Shown here: positions 36,261 to 45,349 of the stretch, piece after piece | Numbering within the stretch: position 1 is the stretch's first letter | Layout: the number at the start of each line of letters is the position of its first letter | IMG/VR virus record: IMGVR_UViG_3300033232_000010 | Coordinates: 1 to 51,480 of that record | DNA: 51,480 nucleotides | Reading direction: 5' to 3' (one strand) | Source of the DNA: a virus | Made by a program: the position numbers and the translations under genes | Notes under the pieces: generated by a model | Told to the model about the DNA's origin: nothing | Database searches by the model: none | What the model saw: the letters and a program-made list of their open reading frames with translations, nothing else

Positions 36261-38503
36261 ATATAAATTACACACCGCCGCCAACCGGCAAGCGGTTCAT
36301 GGCCTCGGACGACAAGATGCGCGTGATCGTCGGTCCTGTGGGCTGTATCGCTGGTGATACCCTTATCCAAACGGAGGAGGGGGCCATCCCCATTGAGCGT
36401 ATAGATCGGCCAGTGCGCGTTCTAAGTTGGGACGAGACAGGTCAACGATACCGGCTTTCTCCAAGTGGCGGTGCGTTCCCGAAAGGTAGGGACTATCTGT
36501 ACCGAGTGACAACGCTGCGAGGAGAATTTGATGCACTCGGACTTCACCAAGTGCTTTGCGCTGACCGTAGATATCAACCTGTTGAATCTTTGCGCCCCGG
36601 TCAGTCCTTGCACCTATGTTCTTTACCCCCTTCGGCGACCACCTACGCGGCCCTGTTGCAGTCTGAGCCAGATGCTCACCATTTGACGCAAACAGCCGTA
36701 GATTATCTGGCGCGTTATGCAGAGTCAGCCCGTCTACGTGGTCAACCACTTCTTCAGGAGACAGGTAACGGCCCAGCTTTTTCTCCATTACGAGGCGGTG
36801 CTCGCAGATTATTTTCCCAGCTCTGTTCGGGCGCTGCCTTGCGTGCGGGTGGTCTGTTGGGGCTGTCACAAGTACATAGCCGTCAAGGCCAACTCGCCTT
36901 CCACACGCATACTGGTGGTTGCGTGGCCCCGGTTGAGCGCCTTCGCTCAGACGATCCAGATCGAATTTCTTCATCACCCTCCGGACATATCGAGGGGAAA
37001 GCCCAACAATTTCTGCGATTTCTACGGACGAGCGCTGCCCGTTGGAAAGTTCGATTATTTGCTTTGTGTTCTCGTTCATACATAAGCTCCTTATCCGACG
37101 GGACCATTATCTCTATAGAGCGTTTGCCCGGCAAGCAGGTTTATTGGGATATGCAGGTTTTGGATACGAATAACTACGTGACTGCGGATGGTACTGTCCA
37201 TCACAACAGCGGCAAGAGCGTGACCTGTTCGTTCGAGGTGGTGCGGCGCGCCTCGATGCAGAAACCCAACGCCAACGGCATCCGCAAAACCCGTGCGGCT
37301 GTCGTGCGGGAAACTGCCCGCCAGTTGCAGGACACCACGATCAAGACCTTCCTTGACTGGTTTCCTCCGGGGCAGTGTGGGCAGTACATGCGTACCACCA
37401 AGACGTACTTTTTCAAGGTGGGGGATGTGGAGTGCGAGATTATGTTTCGCGCCCTCGATGACGCTGACGACGTGGCCAACCTGAACTCGCTGGAATTGAC
37501 TTTCGCTTGGTTCAACGAATGCCGAGACATCCACCCCGACATTGTGGACGCCATGTCCAAACGTATTGGGCGATTCCCCAGTGCAAAGGACGGCGGGCCG
37601 ACGTGGCACGGCATGTGGGGTGATACCAACCCGCCGACGATGGACGGGTGGTGGTATTACCAGATGGAAGGGCTTGACCCCAAGGATGGTGTCTCGCCCA
37701 ACGACAACGGCTGGGCGGTGTTCAAGCAGCCCTCCGGGCGCAGCGCGTACGCCGAGAACATCGAGAACTTGCCCGAGGGGTACTACGACACCCAAGGGCG
37801 CTCCGAGGAGTACATCCGGGTTTACATCGATGGCGAGTACGGGCTGTCCTCCGCCGGTATGCCCATTTACAAGTACTTCCGGGTTGACTACCACATGGGC
37901 AAAGAGCGCCTGCGGCCCATTATTAACGGGGTGCGGCCCATCGTCATTGGCATGGACTTAGGGTTAACCCCAGCAGCCGCGATCGGTCAGCTTGACCCCC
38001 GCGGGCGGGCGCTGATACTTGACGAATGTGTCTCGTTCGATATGGGCATCCAGCGGTTTGTCCGCACCATGCTCAAGCCCTTGCTGTACGAGCGGTTTCC
38101 CGGTGCCCCTGTGCTGGTGGTTGTCGACCCTGCGGGGGTGCAGCGGGCCCAGACGGACGAGCGCAGCGCGGTGGACATCATCAAAGCGGAGAACCTCAAG
38201 GTCATCCCGGCCAAGACCAACAACGTCTCGGCGCGCATCAACGCGGTGGACGAGTACCTCATGCGCCAAGTAGACGGCGACCCGGCGTTTCTCGTCGACC
38301 CGCGCTGCACGCAGCTCAAAGCCGCCATGATGGGTGGGTACCGGTACAAGCCCAAGGGCGACGGGGACATCGACAAAAACAAGCACTCCCACGTGGCTGA
38401 AGCCCTTCAGTACCTCATGCTCCATATTTCGAGCGCCAGCGAGGGGCAGCAGATGGGGCAGCGCCGGGAAATAAAACGGGTACCCGCGCTTGGATGGACG
38501 TGA
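36251..38503 (+). CDS. terL: Terminase large subunit precursor (contains an intein; the spliced product would be about 462 aa).
   Basis: Walker A is split: 'VGPVG | intein | SGKS'. Walker B-like 'LTFAWFNECRD'. Nuclease region 'VIGMDLGLTPAA'. Confidence 0.9.
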   Translation: MALDINYTPPPTGKRFMASDDKMRVIVGPVGCIAGDTLIQTEEGAIPIERIDRPVRVLSWDETGQRYRLSPSGGAFPKGRDYLYRVTTLRGEFDALGLHQVLCADRRYQPVESLRPGQSLHLCSLPPSATTYAALLQSEPDAHHLTQTAVDYLARYAESARLRGQPLLQETGNGPAFSPLRGGARRLFSQLCSGAALRAGGLLGLSQVHSRQGQLAFHTHTGGCVAPVERLRSDDPDRISSSPSGHIEGKAQQFLRFLRTSAARWKVRLFALCSRSYISSLSDGTIISIERLPGKQVYWDMQVLDTNNYVTADGTVHHNSGKSVTCSFEVVRRASMQKPNANGIRKTRAAVVRETARQLQDTTIKTFLDWFPPGQCGQYMRTTKTYFFKVGDVECEIMFRALDDADDVANLNSLELTFAWFNECRDIHPDIVDAMSKRIGRFPSAKDGGPTWHGMWGDTNPPTMDGWWYYQMEGLDPKDGVSPNDNGWAVFKQPSGRSAYAENIENLPEGYYDTQGRSEEYIRVYIDGEYGLSSAGMPIYKYFRVDYHMGKERLRPIINGVRPIVIGMDLGLTPAAAIGQLDPRGRALILDECVSFDMGIQRFVRTMLKPLLYERFPGAPVLVVVDPAGVQRAQTDERSAVDIIKAENLKVIPAKTNNVSARINAVDEYLMRQVDGDPAFLVDPRCTQLKAAMMGGYRYKPKGDGDIDKNKHSHVAEALQYLMLHISSASEGQQMGQRREIKRVPALGWT
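36344..37207 (+). mobile_element. Intein (288 aa) inserted in the TerL P-loop.
   Basis: It starts with Cys ('CIAGDTLIQTEEG'), has a block-B-like 'GLHQVL' and ends '...VYWDMQVLDTNNYVTADGTVHHN' followed by Ser. Excising it recreates GPVGSGKS. Confidence 0.85.
36363..37079 (-). CDS. HTH + HNH endonuclease encoded antisense inside the intein.
   Basis: 238 aa. AAGGAG lies 7 nt upstream of the ATG. HTH 'SSVEIAEIVGLSPRYVRRVMKK'. HNH core 'CEHRLVMEKKLGRYLSPEEVVDHVDGLTLHNAPDNLRLFASNGEH'. Confidence 0.8.
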   Translation of the reverse strand: MNENTKQIIELSNGQRSSVEIAEIVGLSPRYVRRVMKKFDLDRLSEGAQPGPRNHQYACGRRVGLDGYVLVTAPTDHPHARQRPNRAGKIICEHRLVMEKKLGRYLSPEEVVDHVDGLTLHNAPDNLRLFASNGEHLAQTATGPRRWSPKGVKNIGARTDRGAKIQQVDIYGQRKALGEVRVHQILLAALSLGTDSPYLSGTHRHLEKAGIVDLSRPNLERALADLYAQWGWPPPPFG

Positions 38504-38562
38504 TATGATTGCATTGCTGCTTTCCGCAGTTTCTGTTGTCTCCTCCCCGCCTCCGCGGGTTG

Positions 38563-38600
38563 CCCCCAAGCGCATTTTTGCCTTGGGGGTTTCTTTTTGT
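38563..38600 (+). terminator. Rho-independent terminator after terL.
   Basis: Stem cccccaag/cttggggg (8 bp), followed by 'TTTCTTTTTGT'. Confidence 0.75.
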
Positions 38601-38629
38601 TTGACACGCTGTATACTTGCTGGTAGAAC
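38601..38629 (+). promoter_or_regulatory. Sigma70-like promoter: TTGACA-N17-TAGAAC.
   Basis: Read directly. It follows the terminator immediately and lies 26 nt upstream of the ATG at 38655. Confidence 0.5.
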
Positions 38630-38654
38630 CCTGTTGCAAGGGTAAGGAGCGGCC

Positions 38655-38837
38655 ATGAAAATGTCGAAGTCAAAGAGCAAACCGTACACAGCCATCTCGG
38701 ACAATCCCAAGCTGGACACTACTGGTATGGCTGGCAAACCGATGGATTACTGCGGCGCAGAGGGCGAGTACAAGCCGCCTCCGATGACCGTGATGCAGAT
38801 GATGGATAGGCACAAAGCAATCCAACCGAAGAAGTGA
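38655..38837 (+). CDS. Hypothetical small protein (60 aa).
   Basis: SD 'taaggagcggcc' precedes the ATG. Confidence 0.6.
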   Translation: MKMSKSKSKPYTAISDNPKLDTTGMAGKPMDYCGAEGEYKPPPMTVMQMMDRHKAIQPKK

Positions 38838-38841
38838 CACA

Positions 38842-40893
38842 ATGGCTGGACTGACATTCCTACGAGTGGTGTCTAACACCGATCTTACGAAGCAAGAGCA
38901 AGAGGCGACGAGCCGTGCGCTGCAAGAGCGACAGAACCAGCCCGTGATTCTGGGGCTGGCGGCGTATTTGCGCCAGTGCTGGGACGCCGCGCATCTCGCT
39001 AAACGCCCCATCGAGCGCAAGATGCTGGACGCGATGCGCCAGCGCAATGGCGAGTACGACGCAGACAAACGGCAACAAATTCGTGCCCAAGGCGGGTCAG
39101 AAATCTACATGATGATCACCGAGGTCAAATGCCGCGCTGCGGAGTCGTGGCTTCGGGACATCCTGCTCGATAGCGGCGCCCCGCCGTGGGACTTGCACGC
39201 GACCCCCATACCTGATCTTGGCCCGGTGCAGACCAAAGAAGTGCAGGCCATGTTTGCAGAGCAGGTGCTCAAGATGGTCGATGAGTACGGCAAGGCACCC
39301 AATATTGAGGAAATGCGCGAGATCAAAGAGATGGTGTCGCAGGATTACCGTTTTGGCATTCTGCGAGAGGCGCAGAACCGCGCCGACCGGATGAAGACCA
39401 AGATTCAAGATCAGTTTGCGCAAGGCGGTTGGGAAACATCGTTCAACGAGTTTGTCACTGACCTTGTGACGTACCCATGCGCCTTTATCAAGGGGCCGGT
39501 TGTCCGGCGCCAGCGCGCGCTTGGGTGGAAGACGGACAGCACGGGGCGCACCGTTGTGGAGCCCACTGAGCGGTTGGCGCCTGAGTACGAACGGGTTGAT
39601 CCGTTCCGTATTTACCCCGAGCCGGGGATCAGCAACATCAACGAGGGGTATATCTTCGAATTGCACCGCATGACTCGCATGGAACTGTCCGACCTGATTG
39701 GCGTTCCGGGGTACGATGACGACGCGATTCGGAGCGTGTTGGACGCCGACAGCGGCGGTACATCGTGGGTCAACGACGGTATTGAGCTCCAAAAGGATGA
39801 GGAGGAGCGCAAGTACTATTCCTACATGCGACCGACTTCCGAGTTTGAGGCTATTGAGTTCTGGGGCAAGGTCAGCGGCAAGATGCTTGTGGAATGGGGG
39901 ATGACTGAGGAAGAAGTCCCTGATCAGGCGCGCGAGTACGACGCCAACGTCTGGCTGGTCGGCAACTATGTCATCAGGGCGGTGCTGAACTACGACCCCC
40001 TCGGGGAAAAGCCCTACGCCAAGACTTCGTTTATCAAGTGCCCCGGCGCGTTCTGGGGTAAGGGTATACCTGAGATCATCGAGGATTTGCAGGGCGTATG
40101 CAACGCCGCCGCCCGCGCGCTGATAAACAACATGGGTATCTCCAGTGGGCCGCAGGTCGAGGTCAACGTTGAGCGCCTGCCACCCAACGAGGACATTACC
40201 AACCTGTCTCCTTGGAAAATCTGGCAGACCATCAACGACCCCGTGGGGTCAAGTGCACCGGCTATTCGGTTCACGCAACCTGATTCGCGCGCAGATGAAC
40301 TGGTGGGGGTGTACGAAAAGTTCAGCCGTCTGGCGGACGACCACTCTGGCATTCCGGCCTACATCTACGGTGACACCGATGTACAGGGCGCAGGGCGCAC
40401 AGCGTCGGGTTTGTCCATGCTGATGGGCGCCGCAGGTAAGGGTATCCGTCAGGTGGTTATGCACATCGACAGCGATGTGATCAAACCTATTGTCATGCGC
40501 CAGTTTGTGTACAACATGCGCTACGACGAAGACGAAGCAATTAAGGGTGATGTTGAAGTAGTCGCCAAAGGCGCGATTAACCTTGCAGTCAAGGAGACGG
40601 TCAACATTCGCCGCATTGAGTTCCTCAACGCAACCGCCAACCCCATTGATCTTGAGATCATTGGGAAGGAAGGACGCGCCACCGTCCTGCGGGAAGTGGC
40701 GAAAGGGTTGCAAATGCCTGTGGAGGACGTTGTTCCATCTCGGGATAAGTCAGGTTACCAAGGCCGTATTCAGGCGCGGGCGGCGGCTGTTGCTGAGCAG
40801 CAGGCCCAAGCCCCGCAGGGTACGCCTACGCAGCCTGACGGTACTCCCAAAGGTGGGCAAGAAGCCAACACAGTCGGGAGGGCTGCTGCATGA
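38842..40893 (+). CDS. Portal (head-to-tail connector) protein.
   Basis: 683 aa. Assigned by size and by its position between terL and the scaffold and capsid genes. Confidence 0.7.
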   Translation: MAGLTFLRVVSNTDLTKQEQEATSRALQERQNQPVILGLAAYLRQCWDAAHLAKRPIERKMLDAMRQRNGEYDADKRQQIRAQGGSEIYMMITEVKCRAAESWLRDILLDSGAPPWDLHATPIPDLGPVQTKEVQAMFAEQVLKMVDEYGKAPNIEEMREIKEMVSQDYRFGILREAQNRADRMKTKIQDQFAQGGWETSFNEFVTDLVTYPCAFIKGPVVRRQRALGWKTDSTGRTVVEPTERLAPEYERVDPFRIYPEPGISNINEGYIFELHRMTRMELSDLIGVPGYDDDAIRSVLDADSGGTSWVNDGIELQKDEEERKYYSYMRPTSEFEAIEFWGKVSGKMLVEWGMTEEEVPDQAREYDANVWLVGNYVIRAVLNYDPLGEKPYAKTSFIKCPGAFWGKGIPEIIEDLQGVCNAAARALINNMGISSGPQVEVNVERLPPNEDITNLSPWKIWQTINDPVGSSAPAIRFTQPDSRADELVGVYEKFSRLADDHSGIPAYIYGDTDVQGAGRTASGLSMLMGAAGKGIRQVVMHIDSDVIKPIVMRQFVYNMRYDEDEAIKGDVEVVAKGAINLAVKETVNIRRIEFLNATANPIDLEIIGKEGRATVLREVAKGLQMPVEDVVPSRDKSGYQGRIQARAAAVAEQQAQAPQGTPTQPDGTPKGGQEANTVGRAAA

Positions 40894-41105
40894 TCAAGCC
40901 CGAACCGCAGATCATCAAAGGACTGGCGCAAGCTGTCCGGCAACACCCAGAGCTTCTGGCGTGGATGGAAGGCGTGTTTGCGCATGAGATGAAGCGCCTG
41001 CCTTACGCAGTAGACAATCCGGCAGTTTTTCAGGGGCGCTGCCAGATGCTTGGCGAACTTATTGAGTTCGCCGAAAATGCCCCCGCAATAGCGGCAAAGT
41101 TATAA
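40890..41105 (+). CDS. Hypothetical protein (71 aa).
   Basis: ATGA overlap with the portal stop. Confidence 0.55.
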   Translation: MIKPEPQIIKGLAQAVRQHPELLAWMEGVFAHEMKRLPYAVDNPAVFQGRCQMLGELIEFAENAPAIAAKL

Positions 41106-41149
41106 TGACTCGCCTTTAACTCACGCACACCGACAAGGAGCGTTTTACT

Positions 41150-42202
41150 ATGGCACTTCCAGAGCAAATTCGTAAACAGACCGAGGCAGTTCAGGAGTTG
41201 TACAAGCAACTCAACACCGACGACAGCACAGGCGAAAAGGGATTCCCTTCCGCCGATGGAACTGTTGTGCCCGTTGAGGATAATGGCAACCAGAATCTTG
41301 CCGACGAGAACCCTGCAGCGAATGATGCTGCCTCGTCGCCCGCAAATGAGCACAAGCCGGGTGGCGACAATGTGTCGGAAGAAACTATCGTGCAGAAGTA
41401 CCGCACGTTGCAAGGTATGTACAACGCTGAAGTCCCACGGCTGCACCAGCAGAACCGTGAGATGACCCAGCGGGTACAGCAGATGGAACAGTTGCTCGCA
41501 TCGTTGTCTGCACAACAGCAGGCTCCTGCCGCCCATTCCGAGCCAGTCGTTGACCGGCTCATCACCGACAAAGATGTTGGGGAATACGGCGAGTCTCTAG
41601 ATGTGATGCGCAAGGTGTCCCGCGAGGAATTAGTCCCCGTGGCGCAACGCCTTGCGCAGATCGAGGCGATGCTGCATCAGATGCAATTTAACGTCGTGCC
41701 GCAGGTGCAAGCCGTTGCGCAGCGTCAGCAAATGAATGCAGAGCAGCAGTTTTGGGCCGACCTAGCCGCAAATGTCCCGAATTTTCGTGAGATTAACGGA
41801 AACGATGGGTTCCAATCGTGGCTGTTGGAGGCTGATCCGCTGACTGGTATCACCCGCCAGACCTACCTTGACAACGCGCAACGGTCACTTGATGTCCCGC
41901 GTGTAGTTAATTTCTTCCGTACTTGGCTTGAAATGACTGGACAAGCCCCGGTTGCTCAAAACTCTCAGCGTAACAATTCTGCATCCGAACTTCAAAAGCA
42001 GGTTGCACCGGGCCGCGGCCGTAGCACGAATAGTGCGGCAACGGCAGCTGCGGCATCCGGTAAGACCTACACCCCTGCCGATATTCGCGCCTTTTTTGAA
42101 GACGTTCGGCAGGGGCGCTACAAGGGCCGGGAGCAGGAGCGTGACCGCGCCGAACGCGATATTTTCGCTGCACAGCGAGAAAATCGTATTGTCAATGCTT
42201 GA
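41150..42202 (+). CDS. Scaffolding protein (putative).
   Basis: 350 aa, Gln/Glu-rich and helical or coiled-coil. SD 'aaggag'. It lies between the portal and capsid genes. Confidence 0.6.
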   Translation: MALPEQIRKQTEAVQELYKQLNTDDSTGEKGFPSADGTVVPVEDNGNQNLADENPAANDAASSPANEHKPGGDNVSEETIVQKYRTLQGMYNAEVPRLHQQNREMTQRVQQMEQLLASLSAQQQAPAAHSEPVVDRLITDKDVGEYGESLDVMRKVSREELVPVAQRLAQIEAMLHQMQFNVVPQVQAVAQRQQMNAEQQFWADLAANVPNFREINGNDGFQSWLLEADPLTGITRQTYLDNAQRSLDVPRVVNFFRTWLEMTGQAPVAQNSQRNNSASELQKQVAPGRGRSTNSAATAAAASGKTYTPADIRAFFEDVRQGRYKGREQERDRAERDIFAAQRENRIVNA

Positions 42203-42218
42203 TTAAAGGAGCCTTATC

Positions 42219-43133
42219 ATGGCTGGATTTCCTGTTGCATCCCCCCGTACCGTTAACTACAACGGTAACTTTATCCCCGAGATTTGGTCGGGTAAACTGA
42301 TTGAGAATTTCTACGACGCCACTGTGCTCGCAGCGATTTCCAATACCAACTACGAAGGCGAGATTCGTCAGCACGGTGATACGGTCAACATCCGTACCAC
42401 ACCTGATTTGACGATCCGTACTTACGAGAAGGGTATGACCCTTCAGGTCGAAAATCCTGACAAGCCGAAAATTCAGCTCGTCATTGACAAAGGTGAATAT
42501 TTCGCCGCTGTTGAGGACGATGTGGACAAGGTTCAGTCGGACATTGCCCTGATGGACACTTGGTCAAAGGACGCCTCCGAAAAGATGAAGATCAAGATCG
42601 ATCAGCGCGTTCTGGTCGACATCCTCCCCGGTGTCGCCGCGATCAACAAAGGCGCGACCGCTGGTCGCATCTCGGCCAACATCAATCTTGGTACCACTGT
42701 GGCACCTGCTGCATTGACCAAGAACAATGTGCTGGACTTCATTGTGGACATGGGCACCGTGTTGGATGAAGCCAATGCCCCCGAAGGCGAGCGCTTTTTG
42801 GTTATCCCGGCCAAGATGGCCGGTATGATCAAGAAGTCGGACCTGAAGGATGCGTCTTTGTCCGGTGATGCCATGTCGGTGATGCGTAACGGTCGCCTCG
42901 GTATGATCGACCGTTTCACCCTGTACATGAGCCACAATCTGTTCGTTGATGCGGGCAAGTTCAGCGTGATCGCTGGGCACAAAATGGGCCTGACGTTTGC
43001 TTCGCAGATGACCAATATGGAAACCATCCGCAGCGAGTCCACGTTTGGTAACATCGTCCGTGGCCTTCAGGTCTACGGTTACAAGGTTGTGAAGCCCGAG
43101 GCTTTGGCCCAAGGTATCATTACCCTGTCGTAA
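42219..43133 (+). CDS. Major capsid protein.
   Basis: 304 aa. SD 'aaggag'. Assigned by position after the scaffold, the strong stem-loop downstream, and an N-terminus ('NFIPEIWSGKLIENFYDATVLAAI') resembling small P22-coat/HK97-fold capsid proteins. Confidence 0.7.
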   Translation: MAGFPVASPRTVNYNGNFIPEIWSGKLIENFYDATVLAAISNTNYEGEIRQHGDTVNIRTTPDLTIRTYEKGMTLQVENPDKPKIQLVIDKGEYFAAVEDDVDKVQSDIALMDTWSKDASEKMKIKIDQRVLVDILPGVAAINKGATAGRISANINLGTTVAPAALTKNNVLDFIVDMGTVLDEANAPEGERFLVIPAKMAGMIKKSDLKDASLSGDAMSVMRNGRLGMIDRFTLYMSHNLFVDAGKFSVIAGHKMGLTFASQMTNMETIRSESTFGNIVRGLQVYGYKVVKPEALAQGIITLS

Positions 43134-43139
43134 TAAGTT

Positions 43140-43157
43140 GGGGGGCTTCGGCCCCCC
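43140..43157 (+). terminator. GC stem-loop with a UUCG tetraloop downstream of the capsid gene.
   Basis: ggggggc-ttcg-gcccccc. There is no clear U-run, so it may be a partial terminator or an RNA stabiliser. Confidence 0.5.
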
Positions 43158-43176
43158 GCTTGATAGGAGAAATTGA

Positions 43177-44346
43177 ATGCCAGCCAATCTAACCGGCTCC
43201 ACCATTGCGAGCACATACTCGCAACTTTTGCACGTAAACGGTGGCCCTACTGCGACCGAAAAGCCCGTTTACAGCGCTACTGGGGTAGCCACCGCGTTAA
43301 AGGTCGGCACGGTTTCCGCGGCGGTGGGCAACATCCGCCTAAGCGGGAATACTGTTTCCGCCCTTACCGGGAATTTGACGCTCGGGCCAAATATTGCGTT
43401 TGACAACGCCAGCAACGCCCGGACGGCCCTTGGGCTCGGGACGATGGCGGTTCAGAACGCCAACAACGTTGCTCTTACGGGTGGCACGATTTCCAATATT
43501 ACTGATCTTGCTATCGCAGACGGCGGCACGGGGGCGTCCACAGAAGTGGGAGCGCGTACCAATCTCGGCCTCGGGACGATGGCGGTTCAGAACGCCAACA
43601 ACGTCGCCCTTACAGGGGGCACGATTTCCAATGCTGCCTTCATAGGGGGCACGATTTCCAACACCACGTTTACTGGCACGCTTACCGGCATGACGCTGGT
43701 TGAATCCGCGACTCTGGCAACAGGTAGTACTACGGCAGGGGTGAACCTCGACGGCAGCACGCTGGCCGCTGACGGCACCGACACCGACATTGACATTAAC
43801 ATTACGCCCAAAGGTACGGGCGAAGTCAACGTCACCAACATCAACGTATTGAGCGGTAAGGTACCATTTGGGGTCATCACGAGCCGCGCCTACGCCTCGT
43901 TCTCAGATATAACCGACCAGACTGGTAGTGTCACTGCGGCGACCCCCGTGAAGTTCGGCACACCCGAAGTCGCGGGTTCGGGCATCACGATGGCCTCAGA
44001 CGGGGTGAATATGACCCGGCTCACGTTTGCAGCGGCGGGTACCTACATGGTAGCCCCCAGCTTGCAGTTGGAAAATTCTGCGAGCAGCGACCATGACGTA
44101 ACTATCTGGTTCGCCTTAAATGGTACAAATATCGCCCGGTCGGCTACTCGTGTCACAGTTCCCAAAGTCGGCGACGGTGGGGCGGCGTTCTTCCAGATCG
44201 TCTTCTATGTCACTGTTACGGCTGGCCAGTATGTGCAGGTGATGTGGTTGCCCGAGGACGTTGCCGCGACTATCGGGTACACCGCGGCCAATTCGATTAC
44301 ACCGGCTATCCCTTCGGCCATTGTCGTTGCGGAGAGGATCGCGTAA
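43177..44346 (+). CDS. Fibre-like structural protein with an internal 45-aa duplication.
   Basis: 389 aa. 'ARTALGLGTMAVQNANNVALTGGTISN' recurs after 135 nt. The 'IADGGTGAST..ARTNLGLG' motif is common in phage fibres. The C-terminal domain is beta-rich. Confidence 0.6.
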   Translation: MPANLTGSTIASTYSQLLHVNGGPTATEKPVYSATGVATALKVGTVSAAVGNIRLSGNTVSALTGNLTLGPNIAFDNASNARTALGLGTMAVQNANNVALTGGTISNITDLAIADGGTGASTEVGARTNLGLGTMAVQNANNVALTGGTISNAAFIGGTISNTTFTGTLTGMTLVESATLATGSTTAGVNLDGSTLAADGTDTDIDINITPKGTGEVNVTNINVLSGKVPFGVITSRAYASFSDITDQTGSVTAATPVKFGTPEVAGSGITMASDGVNMTRLTFAAAGTYMVAPSLQLENSASSDHDVTIWFALNGTNIARSATRVTVPKVGDGGAAFFQIVFYVTVTAGQYVQVMWLPEDVAATIGYTAANSITPAIPSAIVVAERIA

Positions 44347-44411
44347 TGGATACCAAAGACGCGCGGTTCGCGTTTGGCGGTAAGCAAAGTGGGATGACAA
44401 AGGAGCACACA

Positions 44412-44693
44412 ATGGGCAAACTATATATTCGGGTGAAGAAAGACGGGTTTTTGTACGGGTACAACGCAATTTTGGCGGAAAACCCGGACTGCGAAGTCAT
44501 CACTGAAAGGGAAGCGTTCCCGGAGCGTTTCGTCCCCACACACGCCGCTGACCGTGTGGGGGGGCCAGAGAAAGGCAAGCGCACTGCCAAGCACAAAGCA
44601 GCGCTCGATCTGTCGACCGTTGACGTCCCCGAGGCGCCGCTTTATACTCCCCCAGAATTGGCTGAAGACGCCGCACGAAACCTACCCATATGA
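44412..44693 (+). CDS. Hypothetical protein.
   Basis: ATG at 44412 after 'aaaggagcacaca'. An alternative upstream start at 44346 overlaps the previous stop. Confidence 0.5.
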   Translation: MGKLYIRVKKDGFLYGYNAILAENPDCEVITEREAFPERFVPTHAADRVGGPEKGKRTAKHKAALDLSTVDVPEAPLYTPPELAEDAARNLPI

Positions 44694-45349
44694 CACCCGC
44701 TGACGTTATCGCTGAAACTCGGAGCCTGATTCAGGACACCAAGGCGCCGTATCGTTACAGCGATGCAGTGCTGCTCGGCTTCGTCAACCAGACGCTCAAG
44801 CGCATGGTGATGCTTCGTCCAGATTTGTTCACGACGATTACCAGTCTTCCAACGGAACCTAATGACGTGCAGCAGGCGTTACCTACCAGTGCAGTGAGGT
44901 TGGTTGAGTTGTTCCGGGTTGTTGGCGGGCCATCACTTGAGGAAGCGGACTGGGGTGTCTTCACCCGCACGTATCCGGAGTGGGCGACCGACCCCGCGGG
45001 GGTGCCAACGAAATACATTCGGCACCCGCGCAACCCCCGGGTGTATTTCCTATACCCCCGCCCAGCGGTAAACATCGCGCTTCTTGGTGAGTACGTTGTC
45101 ACACCCCCTAATTACGCACTGGATGACGACATTAGTGGATTGCCCGACGCGTATTTTGGCGCGATAGTAGATGGCGTAGTGTTCTTGGCGGAGTCTGTGG
45201 ACAACGAGCATGTTAACTCCAACCGTGCCAAGCTGTTCTTCGACTCGTTTGTGCAAGCGCTTGGGGTATCTTTGCAGTCCCGCGCACTGACGGATAGCGA
45301 CGGCAGAGGCGGCGCAGCGCGGGCTGACGCAAGGGAAGGCGCGCAATGA
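44690..45349 (+). CDS. Virion (adaptor-like) protein, paralogue 1.
   Basis: 219 aa, clearly homologous to the next ORF (shared 'LLGFVNQ.L...LRPDLFT', 'Y.RH.RNP..YFLYP.P'). Confidence 0.65.
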   Translation: MTPADVIAETRSLIQDTKAPYRYSDAVLLGFVNQTLKRMVMLRPDLFTTITSLPTEPNDVQQALPTSAVRLVELFRVVGGPSLEEADWGVFTRTYPEWATDPAGVPTKYIRHPRNPRVYFLYPRPAVNIALLGEYVVTPPNYALDDDISGLPDAYFGAIVDGVVFLAESVDNEHVNSNRAKLFFDSFVQALGVSLQSRALTDSDGRGGAARADAREGAQ

